Assembly (NCBI GenBank): GCA_964412955.1
Contig: CAYPQV010000007.1
Location: 21,795 to 85,794, forward strand
From: an uncultured Hyphomicrobiales bacterium
GTDB lineage: Bacteria; Pseudomonadota; Alphaproteobacteria; Rhodospirillales; 2-12-FULL-67-15
Direction of reading: 5' to 3'
DNA length: 64,000 nt
Part shown: piece after piece, positions 18,959 through 28,057 of the stretch
Layout of the letters: each line of letters opens with the position of its first letter
Position numbering within the stretch: the stretch's first letter is position 1
Made by a program: the position numbers and the translations under genes
The notes under the pieces: model-generated
Databases searched by the model: none
Told to the model about the DNA's origin: nothing
Seen by the model: only the letters and a program-made list of their open reading frames with translations

Positions 18959-20917
18959 TCACAGATCACCGAGGCCCATTTGGATATAGCCGCTCGGGCA
19001 GACATCGGCGCAGATGTGGCAACCGATGCATTTCTTGTAGTCGGTATCGACGTAGCGCCCGACCGCGTGGTCTTTTTTCTTGACGTTGACGATCGCCCCT
19101 TGCGGACAATAGATGACGCAATTGTCGCATTCGAAGCACATGCCGCAACTCATGCAGCGTTCGGCTTCGTCGATGGCGCTCTGCTCCGAAAGCGCGGTAA
19201 AACGCTCGTTGAAATTGCCGAGAACGTTATCGATGCCGATTCTGACTTCTGTCCGCTTATGCCGAGGGGCATAGCCGAAATGGCCGAGAAAAAGCTTGTC
19301 GTGCCGGATGATCTCGTTGGGCGAGCGATCTTCGTAGTTATGGACCGCGAAGCCGGCCTGATCGGTCCCCCACGTCTCCCGGTGGTCGTATCCCTTGGGC
19401 TCCTGATGGTGCGCGCGCAGTTCCTCGAGCAGGCTGAAATGATGTACGTCCACCTTCGGACGCCTGGGCATTTCCAGGCCGGACAGGTAGCAATCGATTC
19501 CCTCGGCGGCGATGCGGGCGTGTCCGATCGCCGTGGTCAGAAGATGCGGCTTGATAACGTCGCCGCCGACGAAATGTCCCTTGCGCCCCTTGAGGCCGTA
19601 ATTTGAATCGGCGTTCATCAGACCGCGGCCGTTGTCGAGGTCTTCGAACCCGGCGAAATCCGCCGCCTGGCCGGTGGCGCCGACGATCAAGTCGCATTCG
19701 ATATCGAACTCCTCGCCGACCCTGCGCTTCATCTTGCCTTCGACCCAATCCACCGGGCAAACCTTCAGCGCCCGGGCGCGGCCATCCGAGCCGCGAATGA
19801 CCTCGAGGGGAACCAGGCTCTCGCGGATGTGAACACCCTCGGCCATCACGGAGTCCAATTCGTGCTTGGTCGCGGGAGCCTGGCTGATCGGCCGGCGGTA
19901 GACGATCCAGACTTCAGCGCCCTGGCGCCGGGCCGCCGTCGCGACATCGTGGGCGGTATGGCCGAGAATCACGTGTTCCGGGCGATCGTCGGGATGGGTG
20001 CTGTGAATGTTACCGATGCGACGAGCCACCGCGGCGACGTCCATAGCCGTGTCGCCGGCACCAATGACTAAAACGCGCCCGGCGAGATATTGCAGGCGAC
20101 CCTCGTTGAAGGCCCGCAGAAACGAAATGCCGTCGATGCAGTTGGAAACCTCGGCGCCGGGAATATCAACCGGCTTTCCCGCCTGCGCGCCGATAGCCCA
20201 AAAAATCGCATCATGGGTCTTTTCCAGCTCGGCCACCGTCATGTCGACGCCGATACGGGTATTGAGGCGAACCTCGACGCCCATGTCGATGATGCGCTTG
20301 ATTTCGCCGTCGAGCACGTCCTTGGGCGTGCGATAGCCGGGAATGCCGAAACGCATCATGCCGCCCAGCGACGAATAGGATTCGAAGATCGTACAGCCGT
20401 GTCCGAGGCGGCGCAGGAAATAGGCGACCGCAAGCCCGGCCGGCCCGCCGCCAATAATGGCGACTTTTTTTCCGCTTTCCCGCTCGGGGCGCGCGAACGC
20501 GGTCCCCTGCCCGAGCGCCCAGTCGCCGACGTATTGCTCGACGGCGTTGATTCCGACCTGTTCTTCCAATTCGTTGCGGTTGCAACCCGCCTCGCACGGG
20601 GCGGGGCAGACGCGGCCCATCACCGCCGGAAATGGATTAGCCTCGACCATGCGGCGGAAGGCGTATTCCTGCCATCGCGTCTCTTTTTCAGCCGGTTTGT
20701 CGAGACCGCGGGTGATGGTCAACCAGCCGCGGATATCGTGACCGGACGGGCAGCTCCCCTGGCACGGCGGCGCGCGATGAACGTAAGTCGGGCACTTGTG
20801 GCTCCAGCCGGCTTGAAAGATGTTGTCCTGAAGCTCGTCCCAGGATGTTTTACCTTCCCGGTAACGAAAATACGTTGGGGCCTTGCCGCCCTTATAGCCG
20901 TCGGTTGGAGATGTCAT
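18959..20917 (-). CDS. dsrL: DsrL paralog 2 (YRR-type, predicted NADP(H)-linked)
   Basis: SHKCPTY, PPCQGSCP, GRVCPAPCE, GGGPAG, GAGDTA and VYRR motifs; C-terminal CMSCGMCFECDNC and CIGCHICADVCP. Confidence 0.92.
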   Translation of the reverse strand: MTSPTDGYKGGKAPTYFRYREGKTSWDELQDNIFQAGWSHKCPTYVHRAPPCQGSCPSGHDIRGWLTITRGLDKPAEKETRWQEYAFRRMVEANPFPAVMGRVCPAPCEAGCNRNELEEQVGINAVEQYVGDWALGQGTAFARPERESGKKVAIIGGGPAGLAVAYFLRRLGHGCTIFESYSSLGGMMRFGIPGYRTPKDVLDGEIKRIIDMGVEVRLNTRIGVDMTVAELEKTHDAIFWAIGAQAGKPVDIPGAEVSNCIDGISFLRAFNEGRLQYLAGRVLVIGAGDTAMDVAAVARRIGNIHSTHPDDRPEHVILGHTAHDVATAARRQGAEVWIVYRRPISQAPATKHELDSVMAEGVHIRESLVPLEVIRGSDGRARALKVCPVDWVEGKMKRRVGEEFDIECDLIVGATGQAADFAGFEDLDNGRGLMNADSNYGLKGRKGHFVGGDVIKPHLLTTAIGHARIAAEGIDCYLSGLEMPRRPKVDVHHFSLLEELRAHHQEPKGYDHRETWGTDQAGFAVHNYEDRSPNEIIRHDKLFLGHFGYAPRHKRTEVRIGIDNVLGNFNERFTALSEQSAIDEAERCMSCGMCFECDNCVIYCPQGAIVNVKKKDHAVGRYVDTDYKKCIGCHICADVCPSGYIQMGLGDL

Positions 20918-20950
20918 GGCATCCTCCCTTGTCTCCCGCGTCACGGCGCA

Positions 20951-20979
20951 AGAATAGTGCCGCGAACATCCGGAGTCAT
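20951..20979 (-). promoter_or_regulatory. Possible internal sigma70 promoter for the second dsrL
   Basis: Minus strand ATGACT-N17-TATTCT between the two dsrL genes, just downstream of a GC hairpin (about 21007-21031) following the first dsrL stop. Confidence 0.3.
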
Positions 20980-21030
20980 CTTTCCAACCCCGTCTATGGC
21001 CTAGCTGGCCGCTCGCCTATTCGCGACGGC

Positions 21031-22983
21031 CTACTCACCGAGCCCCATCTCGATGTACCCGGTCGGGCACACGTCGGCGCAGATGTGGCAACCGATGCAC
21101 TTCTTGTAGTCGGTATCGACGTAACGCCCGAGCGCGCGCTGGTCTTTCTTGACCCTGAACACCGCCGTCTGCGGGCAGAACACCACGCAGTTGTCGCATT
21201 CGAAGCACATGCCGCAGGACATGCAGCGCTTGCCTTCCGCGACCGCCTGTTCCTCGGTGTAATTGACGATGCGTTCCTGGAAATTGCCGATCACCTCTTC
21301 CGCGCCGATGTGGATTTCCTTGCGCTTGGCCCGCTCGACGAAGGGGAAATGTCCGAGAAACATGTCGTCGTGCTTGATGATCTCGACGAACGAGCGGTCC
21401 TCGTAGTTGTGGACCGCGAATTTGGCGTCCGAGGTCCCGCGCGTTTCCTTGTGATCGTATTCGGCCGGCTCCAGCTTGCGCTGGCGCAGTTCGTCGAGCA
21501 GGTCGAAGCGGCGCTTGTCCACCTTCGGCCGCTTGCCGAGATCCTGGCTGGCGAGGAAGCGGTCGATGGATTCGGCCGCGATTCCCGCGTGGCCGATCGC
21601 GGTGGTCAGCAGGTGCGGCCGCACGATGTCGCCGCCGGCGAAGTGCTTCGGCTTGTCCTTGACCTGATAGGTGCTTTCGACCGCCATCAGCCCCTTGCCG
21701 TTGTCGAAGTTTTCCATGCCCTTGAGGTCGCCGCCCTGGCCGATGGCCGAGACGATCAGGTCGCACTCGATCTCGAATTCGGTGCCCGGCGTCGGCACCG
21801 GGGTCATGCCCTTCATGGTGCACCGGCACATCTTGAGCGCGCGCGCGCGGCCGTCAGGCCCCTTGATCACTTCGAGCGGCATGACGCTGCCCTTGATCTC
21901 GACCCCCTCGCGCATGGCGTCCTCGCGCTCGCGCGCCGCCGCGGTCATCTGCTCGACCGGGAACAGCGAGGTCAGCACCGCGGTCACGCCCTCGCGCTGC
22001 ATGATGCCGGCGACGTCCTGGGCGGTGTGGCCGACCACCACCGATTCCGGCGTCGGGATGTCGCGGCCGTGGGAGATGTAGCCGAGGCGGCGGGCGACCG
22101 AGGCGACGTCGATCGAGGTGTCGCCGCCGCCCACCACCACCACGCGTTTGGCCGCGACCTTGAGCCGGCCCTCGTTGAAGGCGCGCAGGAATTCGACGCC
22201 GGCGACGCAGTTGGGCGCGTCCCAGCCGGCGACCGGCAAGGGACGGCCGACTTGCGCGCCGATCGCCCAGAAGATGGCGTCGAAATCGCGCTCCAGTTGT
22301 TCGACCGTCACGTCCTTGCCGACGCGCACGCCGGTCTTGACCACGACGCCGGTGTCGACGATGCGCTTGATCTCGGCGTCGAGCATGTCGCGCGGCGTCC
22401 GGTAGCCGGGAATGCCGTAGCGCATCATGCCGCCGAGTTCGGGCTGCGATTCGAACAGCGTCACGCCGTGGCCGCGCTCGCGCAAATAGAGCGCCGCCGA
22501 CATGCCGGCCGGGCCGCTGCCGATAATGGCGACCTTCTTGCCGGTTTCCTTCGCCGGCTTGGCGAACGACATTTTATTGTCGATCGCCCAGTCGCCGACG
22601 TACTGCTCGACCCCGTTGATGCCGACGAAGTCGTCGACCGCGTTGCGGTTGCAGCCGGTTTCGCACGGCGCCGGACACACCCGGCCCATGACCGAGGGGA
22701 ACGGGTTGGCCTTGGCCATGCGGCGGAACGCGTATTCCTGCCACGTCATGCCCGCGACCGGCGGCTTGTCGATGCCGCGCGCGATCTGAAGCCAGCCGCG
22801 AATGTCGTGGCCGGAGGGACAGCTGCCCTGGCACGGCGGCGTGCGGTGCACGTAGGTCGGGCACTTGTGCGACCAGCCCGCCTGGAAAATCTGATGCTGC
22901 AGGTCGCGCCACTTGCTCTTGCCGTCCTCGTAACGGCGGTAGGTCAGGGCCTTCTCGGTTTTTTTCGGCGTTTCAACGTTCAC
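21031..22983 (-). CDS. dsrL: DsrL paralog 1 (predicted NAD(H)-linked)
   Basis: Same architecture as paralog 2, but with GGGDTS and LTSLF in place of YRR. Ends MGLGE. GTG start. Confidence 0.95.
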   Translation of the reverse strand: MNVETPKKTEKALTYRRYEDGKSKWRDLQHQIFQAGWSHKCPTYVHRTPPCQGSCPSGHDIRGWLQIARGIDKPPVAGMTWQEYAFRRMAKANPFPSVMGRVCPAPCETGCNRNAVDDFVGINGVEQYVGDWAIDNKMSFAKPAKETGKKVAIIGSGPAGMSAALYLRERGHGVTLFESQPELGGMMRYGIPGYRTPRDMLDAEIKRIVDTGVVVKTGVRVGKDVTVEQLERDFDAIFWAIGAQVGRPLPVAGWDAPNCVAGVEFLRAFNEGRLKVAAKRVVVVGGGDTSIDVASVARRLGYISHGRDIPTPESVVVGHTAQDVAGIMQREGVTAVLTSLFPVEQMTAAAREREDAMREGVEIKGSVMPLEVIKGPDGRARALKMCRCTMKGMTPVPTPGTEFEIECDLIVSAIGQGGDLKGMENFDNGKGLMAVESTYQVKDKPKHFAGGDIVRPHLLTTAIGHAGIAAESIDRFLASQDLGKRPKVDKRRFDLLDELRQRKLEPAEYDHKETRGTSDAKFAVHNYEDRSFVEIIKHDDMFLGHFPFVERAKRKEIHIGAEEVIGNFQERIVNYTEEQAVAEGKRCMSCGMCFECDNCVVFCPQTAVFRVKKDQRALGRYVDTDYKKCIGCHICADVCPTGYIEMGLGE

Positions 22984-23010
22984 GGCGCGTCCCTTTCACT
23001 AAATTCCGAA

Positions 23011-24513
23011 TTAGCTCGTCTTCGCCGGTTCGATCCGGATCGCGTTGCCCACCAGCTGATGCACGCTGACGATCATGTCCATGTCCATGCCGTATTCCGG
23101 CAGGACCTTGGTGAACTGGCTCTTGCAGATGGCGCAGATGGCGGCCATGTGGGTGACGCCGCGCCCGGTCACGACTTCCTTCAGCGCCTGCATCCGGGGC
23201 ATCGCGCCCTTGACCCGCAGCTCGATCAGGTCGTCGGTCAGGAGCCCGCCGCCGCCGCCGCAACAGAAGGTTTTTTCGCCGATGGTGTCGGCGCGCATTT
23301 CGACGAAATTGTTGCAGCAGGCCTTGATGACTTCGCGCGGGATGCGGAATTGCCCGCCCGGCTCCGCGCCCATGCGCGAACCGCGCGCGACGTTGCAGGA
23401 ATCGTGGAAGGTGATGACTTTGTCGTCGTTCTTCGACTTGTCGAAGGTGACGACGCCTTTCTGGATCAGGTCGTAGGTCAGTTCGCAGATGTGCTGCGGC
23501 ACCGGGTAGGCGGGATCGAGGAAATCCCATGGGCCCGCGAGCGTGTTAAGGAAGCTGTAGGCGACGCGCCAGGCGTGCCCGCATTCGCCGAAGACGATGC
23601 GCTTGACGCCGAGATCGAGCGCGGCCTGGCGGATGCGGAGCGCGATTTTCTGCATCTGCTCGTAGGAGCCGACGAACAGGGCGAAGTTGGCGGCCTCCGA
23701 CGCGTACGACGACACGGTCCAGCGGATGCCCGCCTGGTGGAACACCTTGGCGTAGCCCATCAGCCCTTCGATGTGGGGCGAGGCGAAAAAATCCGCCGAC
23801 GGCGTCACCAGCAGAACCTCGGCCCCTTTCTCGTTCAGGGGAATCCGGACCCGCACGCCGGTTTCCTCCTCCATGTCGTCCTCGAGGCCTTCGAGGGTCG
23901 CGCGCAGCGCCTTTTCCTGAAGGCCCAGGTTGTTGCCGAATTTGTGGACCTTGCCGATGATTTCATTGCTGTATTTCTGCCCCATGCCGATGTGGTCCAT
24001 GATCTCGCGCCCGGCCATGGAGATTTCGGCGGTATCGATGCCGTAGGGACAGAACACGGCGCAGCGCCGGCATTGCGAACACTGGTGGTAATAGGAGTAC
24101 CAGTCGTCGAGCAGCTCGCGGGTCAGGTCCTTGGCCCCGACCAGCTTGGGGAAAAGCTTTCCGGCGAGCGTGAAATGGCGACGGTAGACCTGGCGCAGCA
24201 GATCCTGGCGCGCGACCGGCATGTTCTTGGGATCGCCGGTGCCGAGGAAGTAGTGGCACTTGTCGGTGCAGGCGCCGCACTTGACGCAACTGTCGAGAAA
24301 GACCCGGAGCGCGCGGGATTTGCCGAGCAACTCGCCCATCTTGGCGATCGCCTTGTCGTGCCAATCCTCGACCAGTTCGCCCGGGAAGCCGAGGGGTTCC
24401 TGGTGTTCCGGTTTGGCGACGAACGGCTTGGAGTGCGCCATCGCCTTTTCCGCGATGGCCGGAATCACGAGATCGTCCGTCAACTCGGGCTTGGCGTATT
24501 GGGGCGCGGCCAT
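23011..24513 (-). CDS. dsrK: DsrK, HdrD-like Fe-S subunit
   Basis: CVKCGACTDKC, CSQCRRCAVFCP, GECGH, HDSCN, CCGGGGG and CAIC motifs. Confidence 0.96.
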   Translation of the reverse strand: MAAPQYAKPELTDDLVIPAIAEKAMAHSKPFVAKPEHQEPLGFPGELVEDWHDKAIAKMGELLGKSRALRVFLDSCVKCGACTDKCHYFLGTGDPKNMPVARQDLLRQVYRRHFTLAGKLFPKLVGAKDLTRELLDDWYSYYHQCSQCRRCAVFCPYGIDTAEISMAGREIMDHIGMGQKYSNEIIGKVHKFGNNLGLQEKALRATLEGLEDDMEEETGVRVRIPLNEKGAEVLLVTPSADFFASPHIEGLMGYAKVFHQAGIRWTVSSYASEAANFALFVGSYEQMQKIALRIRQAALDLGVKRIVFGECGHAWRVAYSFLNTLAGPWDFLDPAYPVPQHICELTYDLIQKGVVTFDKSKNDDKVITFHDSCNVARGSRMGAEPGGQFRIPREVIKACCNNFVEMRADTIGEKTFCCGGGGGLLTDDLIELRVKGAMPRMQALKEVVTGRGVTHMAAICAICKSQFTKVLPEYGMDMDMIVSVHQLVGNAIRIEPAKTS

Positions 24514-24525
24514 GAGCGGGATTCC

Positions 24526-25269
24526 CTAGGACCGGCCCTGGTCGAGCGCCGCCGCCCAGCGCGCGAGATGGCGGCGCGAGCGCGCGTCGTCGACCTGGTT
24601 GCGGGTCGGGCTGAAGAAGACGCCGGGCGCGTGCAGGAGCTTGCTGAACGGAAACACGATCATCAGCAGGGCGACCAGGGCGAGATGGATGAGCAGGAAG
24701 GGTTCCGACGGCAGCGGCTGCCAATCGAACCGCATCAGGCCGAGGATGAACGCCTTGAGGGCGACGATATCGGTCCGCTCCACGTACTTGAGCGCGAGTC
24801 CGGAGAGTCCGATCCCCGCCAGCAGCGCCAGCATCAGGTGATCGGAAGGCGATGAGATGTAGCGCACCCGCTCGACCAGGAACCGGCGCGCCCACAATCC
24901 GGCGAGGCCGGCGATCATGGCGAATGCGGCATAAAGCCCGAAGGGCTGGATCAGCTTGACCCATTCCCAGATCGGCTCCTGGAAATAACGCAGGTGCCGC
25001 AGCAGCACCAACACCAGCGCCGCGTGGAACAGGGCGGCGAACAGCCAGATCCACTTGTTCGACTTGAACAGGCTCTCGAACAGGACGACTTCGCGCGCGA
25101 GGCGGAAAGCGACTCCGCCCTTGGTCAGCGGCGCGGGCGGGGTCGGAATCTTGAGCGGCGCGGGCGTCTTCGCGTAGAGCCAGATCCGGTAGGCGAGGCC
25201 GAGTCCGAACGCCAGCGTCGCCGCATAGAAAAGAAGGGCATAGGTGACGGTCAGCGCGGTCATGTCCAA
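24526..25269 (-). CDS. dsrM: DsrM, NarI-like membrane cytochrome b
   Basis: PAPLKIPTPPAP, FHAAL, LRHLRY and PFSKLLH motifs; 5-6 TM segments. Confidence 0.95.
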   Translation of the reverse strand: MDMTALTVTYALLFYAATLAFGLGLAYRIWLYAKTPAPLKIPTPPAPLTKGGVAFRLAREVVLFESLFKSNKWIWLFAALFHAALVLVLLRHLRYFQEPIWEWVKLIQPFGLYAAFAMIAGLAGLWARRFLVERVRYISSPSDHLMLALLAGIGLSGLALKYVERTDIVALKAFILGLMRFDWQPLPSEPFLLIHLALVALLMIVFPFSKLLHAPGVFFSPTRNQVDDARSRRHLARWAAALDQGRS

Positions 25270-25379
25270 ATTCCTGGCGTGGCCGGATGCGCGTCCTGCG
25301 CCCGCCCGCCTAGCGGCGGGACGCGCTCATGCCCGGACCTTCCGGCCGGAAGCGTCGCGCGCTTCCGGCCCGATCGCGC

Positions 25380-25712
25380 TCAGACGCAACCGGTCGGCTT
25401 GGGCAATCCGGCGATTTTGCACGCCTGCTTCGCCGGTCCGTAGGGGAACAGGTCGTAGAGGTACTTGTTGTTGCCCTTCTCCGGCCCGAACTTTTCCTTC
25501 ATCGCCTTGGTCAGCACGCGGATCGCCGGCGCGATCTGGTATTCGTTGTAGTAATCGCGCAGGAAGTTGACCACTTCCCAGTGCTCGTCGGTCATGTTGA
25601 CGTTCTCGGCCTCGGCGATGGCCGCGGCGACGTCCTTGTTCCAGGCGCCGAGGTCGAGCAGATAGCCTTCTTCATCGGTCTCGTAGGTGTTTCCAGCGAC
25701 GTTGTATGCCAT
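25380..25712 (-). CDS. dsrC: DsrC sulfur-carrier protein
   Basis: TDEEGYL motif; C-terminal CKIAGLPKPTGCV with both cysteines (CX10C). Confidence 0.97.
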   Translation of the reverse strand: MAYNVAGNTYETDEEGYLLDLGAWNKDVAAAIAEAENVNMTDEHWEVVNFLRDYYNEYQIAPAIRVLTKAMKEKFGPEKGNNKYLYDLFPYGPAKQACKIAGLPKPTGCV

Positions 25713-25744
25713 GATTCAAGCTCCTCTCTCTTGGATGGTTCCGT

Positions 25745-26047
25745 TTACAGCCACGAATTGACGGTGCCCTTGTCCACGGCGAGGTCCACGAACCCGCCGT
25801 AGTCGACGACCTTGATTCCGCCGATGATCCGGGATTCCTCGATGCCGCGCGCCTTGAGATCGGGCCCCAAAACGTAGATTTCGTGCGTGCGGGTCGCGGC
25901 TTCGACCTTGGCCGTCTGGGTGGTCCCCTTGAGCGCCCCGTAGACGCCGTCCTCGATCAGCAGGATCGCGCTGCCCGAAGCCGCGAGCCGGAGGCAGGAT
26001 TCGAGGGCGTTCCTCTCGAAGGGCGATTTGTTGACCGTGTGCAGCAT
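25745..26047 (-). CDS. dsrH: DsrH
   Basis: MLHTVNKSP, LLIEDGVY, DLKARGI and VDYGGFVDL motifs. Confidence 0.95.
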   Translation of the reverse strand: MLHTVNKSPFERNALESCLRLAASGSAILLIEDGVYGALKGTTQTAKVEAATRTHEIYVLGPDLKARGIEESRIIGGIKVVDYGGFVDLAVDKGTVNSWL

Positions 26048-26064
26048 GGGCGGTGCGCCTCGAA

Positions 26065-26457
26065 TCAGCCGGTGATCAGAACGTCTTGCCCGGCCATCAG
26101 CTTGCCGAGTTCGGTCGCGGGCACGACCTGAACCTTGACCACGAAATCGTCGGGAGTCAGCCCGCGCGCTTCCATCGATTCCTTCTCGACGTAGAGCTTT
26201 TCGATGTCGTAGCCCGCGAGCGCGCGGAACGTCGGCGAAAAGTTCTTCATGCCGAGTTCCTTGGGATCGTGGCCCTTCTTGATCTGGAATACGCCGTCGT
26301 CGAGAAAGGCGACCGACGTGTCCTGGTCGAACGCGGCCGAAATCAGCACCGACTCCAAAATCTCGAGCGGATAGATGGTGCCGTAGGGCGCCTTGCGGTT
26401 CACGAACATGAACTTCTTGACGACGCCTTCGGTTTCAAAAACGGGTTCTTCGCTCAT
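26065..26457 (-). CDS. dsrF: DsrF
   Basis: KKFMFVNRKAPYGTIY, FLDDGVFQ and SMEARGL motifs. Confidence 0.95.
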   Translation of the reverse strand: MSEEPVFETEGVVKKFMFVNRKAPYGTIYPLEILESVLISAAFDQDTSVAFLDDGVFQIKKGHDPKELGMKNFSPTFRALAGYDIEKLYVEKESMEARGLTPDDFVVKVQVVPATELGKLMAGQDVLITG

Positions 26458-26473
26458 CGCGCGTTTCCTGTCC

Positions 26474-26833
26474 TCAATCGCCGAACACGAGCAGGCGGTC
26501 GGCGGCGATGCCGAGTTCGGTCAACTGGCCGAGGCCCGAAATCCGGAACCCTTCCGCCAGGATCTGGTCCTTGATGCCCCGGCGCAGGCCCGCCGCGACG
26601 CACACCACCAGATCCACCTTGTGCGCCTTCGCCATCTCGCCCCACAGCTTGATCAGGTTGCGGTCGTCCGATTGCGGTTCGGACAGCTTGTTCGCGTTGT
26701 TGACGCCGTCGTAATAGAAGAACACGCGCATCACCTGGTGGCCCTTGGCGATCGCGGCCTTGGCGAACTGATAGGCCGAATCGGACGCCTGGTGGTTGAA
26801 CGGTCCTTCGTTGACCAGAATGCCGAATTTCAT
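26474..26833 (-). CDS. dsrE: DsrE sulfurtransferase subunit
   Basis: MKFGILVNEGP, VFFYYDGV, active-site VVCVAAGLRRG and GFRISGLGQL motifs. Confidence 0.95.
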   Translation of the reverse strand: MKFGILVNEGPFNHQASDSAYQFAKAAIAKGHQVMRVFFYYDGVNNANKLSEPQSDDRNLIKLWGEMAKAHKVDLVVCVAAGLRRGIKDQILAEGFRISGLGQLTELGIAADRLLVFGD

Positions 26834-26922
26834 CGCCGTGGTCTCGATTTTTTCGTTAACGCCCAAGCTTCAGGTCGCGCCCCGACGCCGCGCGGGACCG
26901 GGACGCGATCAGCCCTTTAACC

Positions 26923-28029
26923 TCAGAAGTGCACGTGACTGGAAGCGTTCAGGCTCGCCCGACCGCCGCGCCAATCGTCGATGTGGAACTTGGTGAACGG
27001 CAGGCCGGTCAATTCGAAGAACCGGGGCCAGCCGATGCGGTCGATCCACTCGTTCATCCGCTCCCAGGGCCGGGCGTTTTCCTTGTAGGCGTGGAGGATG
27101 GTCTTGACCACTTGGGCGACCTCGGGCCAGCGCGGCGGGTTGTTGGGCAGCCCCGCCGCCACCAGCTTGTGGAACGAGGGCCGCGAACGGGTGCTCGAAT
27201 GCTTGCCGCCGACCCAGATCGCGAGCTTGGAGTTTTCGGGGTCGTTGATCTGCATCGGCGGGCACGGCGGGTAGCACGCGCCGCAGCAGATGCACTTGCG
27301 CTCGTCGACTTCCAGCGACGGCTTGCCGTTGACCAGGGCCGGACGGATCGCCGCGACCGGGCAGCGCGCGATCACCGCCGGGCGTTCGCACACGTTGGCG
27401 ACCAAGTCGTGATTGATCTTAGGCGGCTTGGTGTGCTGGATGTTGATCGAGATGTCGCCCTGGCCGCCGCAGTTGATCTGGCAGCACGAGGTCGTGATTT
27501 TGACCCGGTTGGGCATTTCCTCTTTCTTGAACTCTTCGTAGAGCTCGTCCATCAGCGCCTTGACCACCCCCGAGGCGTCGGTGGCGGGAATGTCGCAGTG
27601 CAGCCAGCCCTGGGTATGGGAGATCATGGAAACCGAATTGCCGGTGCCGCCGACCGGGAAGCCTTCGGCTTCCAGTTTCGCGATCAGGGGCGCCACCTTC
27701 TTTTCGTCGGCAACGCCGATTTCGATATTGGAACGGGTGGTGAAGCGCATGTGCCCTTCGCCGTACTTATCGACGATGTCGCAGATCTTGCGGATGGTAT
27801 AGACGTCCATCTGCCGCTGGGTGCCCGCCTTCACGGTCCACAGCTGGTCGCCGTTCTTGGCGACGTGATGGAGCACGCCCGGACGCGGCCGGTCGTGCCA
27901 TGCCCATTGGCCGAAGTTCTTGCGCATCAGGGGATGCATCAACGGCACCGGGTCGGGCACCCCGCATTCGTCGGGCATGCGCGGCGGCGGGGCCTTGGGG
28001 GCTTGGATCGGCTGTTGAACCTGGTTCAT
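26923..28029 (-). CDS. dsrB: Reverse dissimilatory sulfite reductase beta subunit
   Basis: HTQGWLHCDIPA, SCCQINCGG, CERP..CP and CICCGACYPPCP motifs. Confidence 0.97.
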   Translation of the reverse strand: MNQVQQPIQAPKAPPPRMPDECGVPDPVPLMHPLMRKNFGQWAWHDRPRPGVLHHVAKNGDQLWTVKAGTQRQMDVYTIRKICDIVDKYGEGHMRFTTRSNIEIGVADEKKVAPLIAKLEAEGFPVGGTGNSVSMISHTQGWLHCDIPATDASGVVKALMDELYEEFKKEEMPNRVKITTSCCQINCGGQGDISINIQHTKPPKINHDLVANVCERPAVIARCPVAAIRPALVNGKPSLEVDERKCICCGACYPPCPPMQINDPENSKLAIWVGGKHSSTRSRPSFHKLVAAGLPNNPPRWPEVAQVVKTILHAYKENARPWERMNEWIDRIGWPRFFELTGLPFTKFHIDDWRGGRASLNASSHVHF

Positions 28030-28057
28030 CGGTTTTGTTCCCTGTCGGAAGCGATCG

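Noticed and set aside
18959-22983. Calling the two flavoproteins GltD or a mis-assembled duplicate
   Set aside because: Both have the DsrL N-terminus (SHKCPTY) and a C-terminal ferredoxin domain, and they are clearly diverged from each other. The true gltD lies beside gltB.
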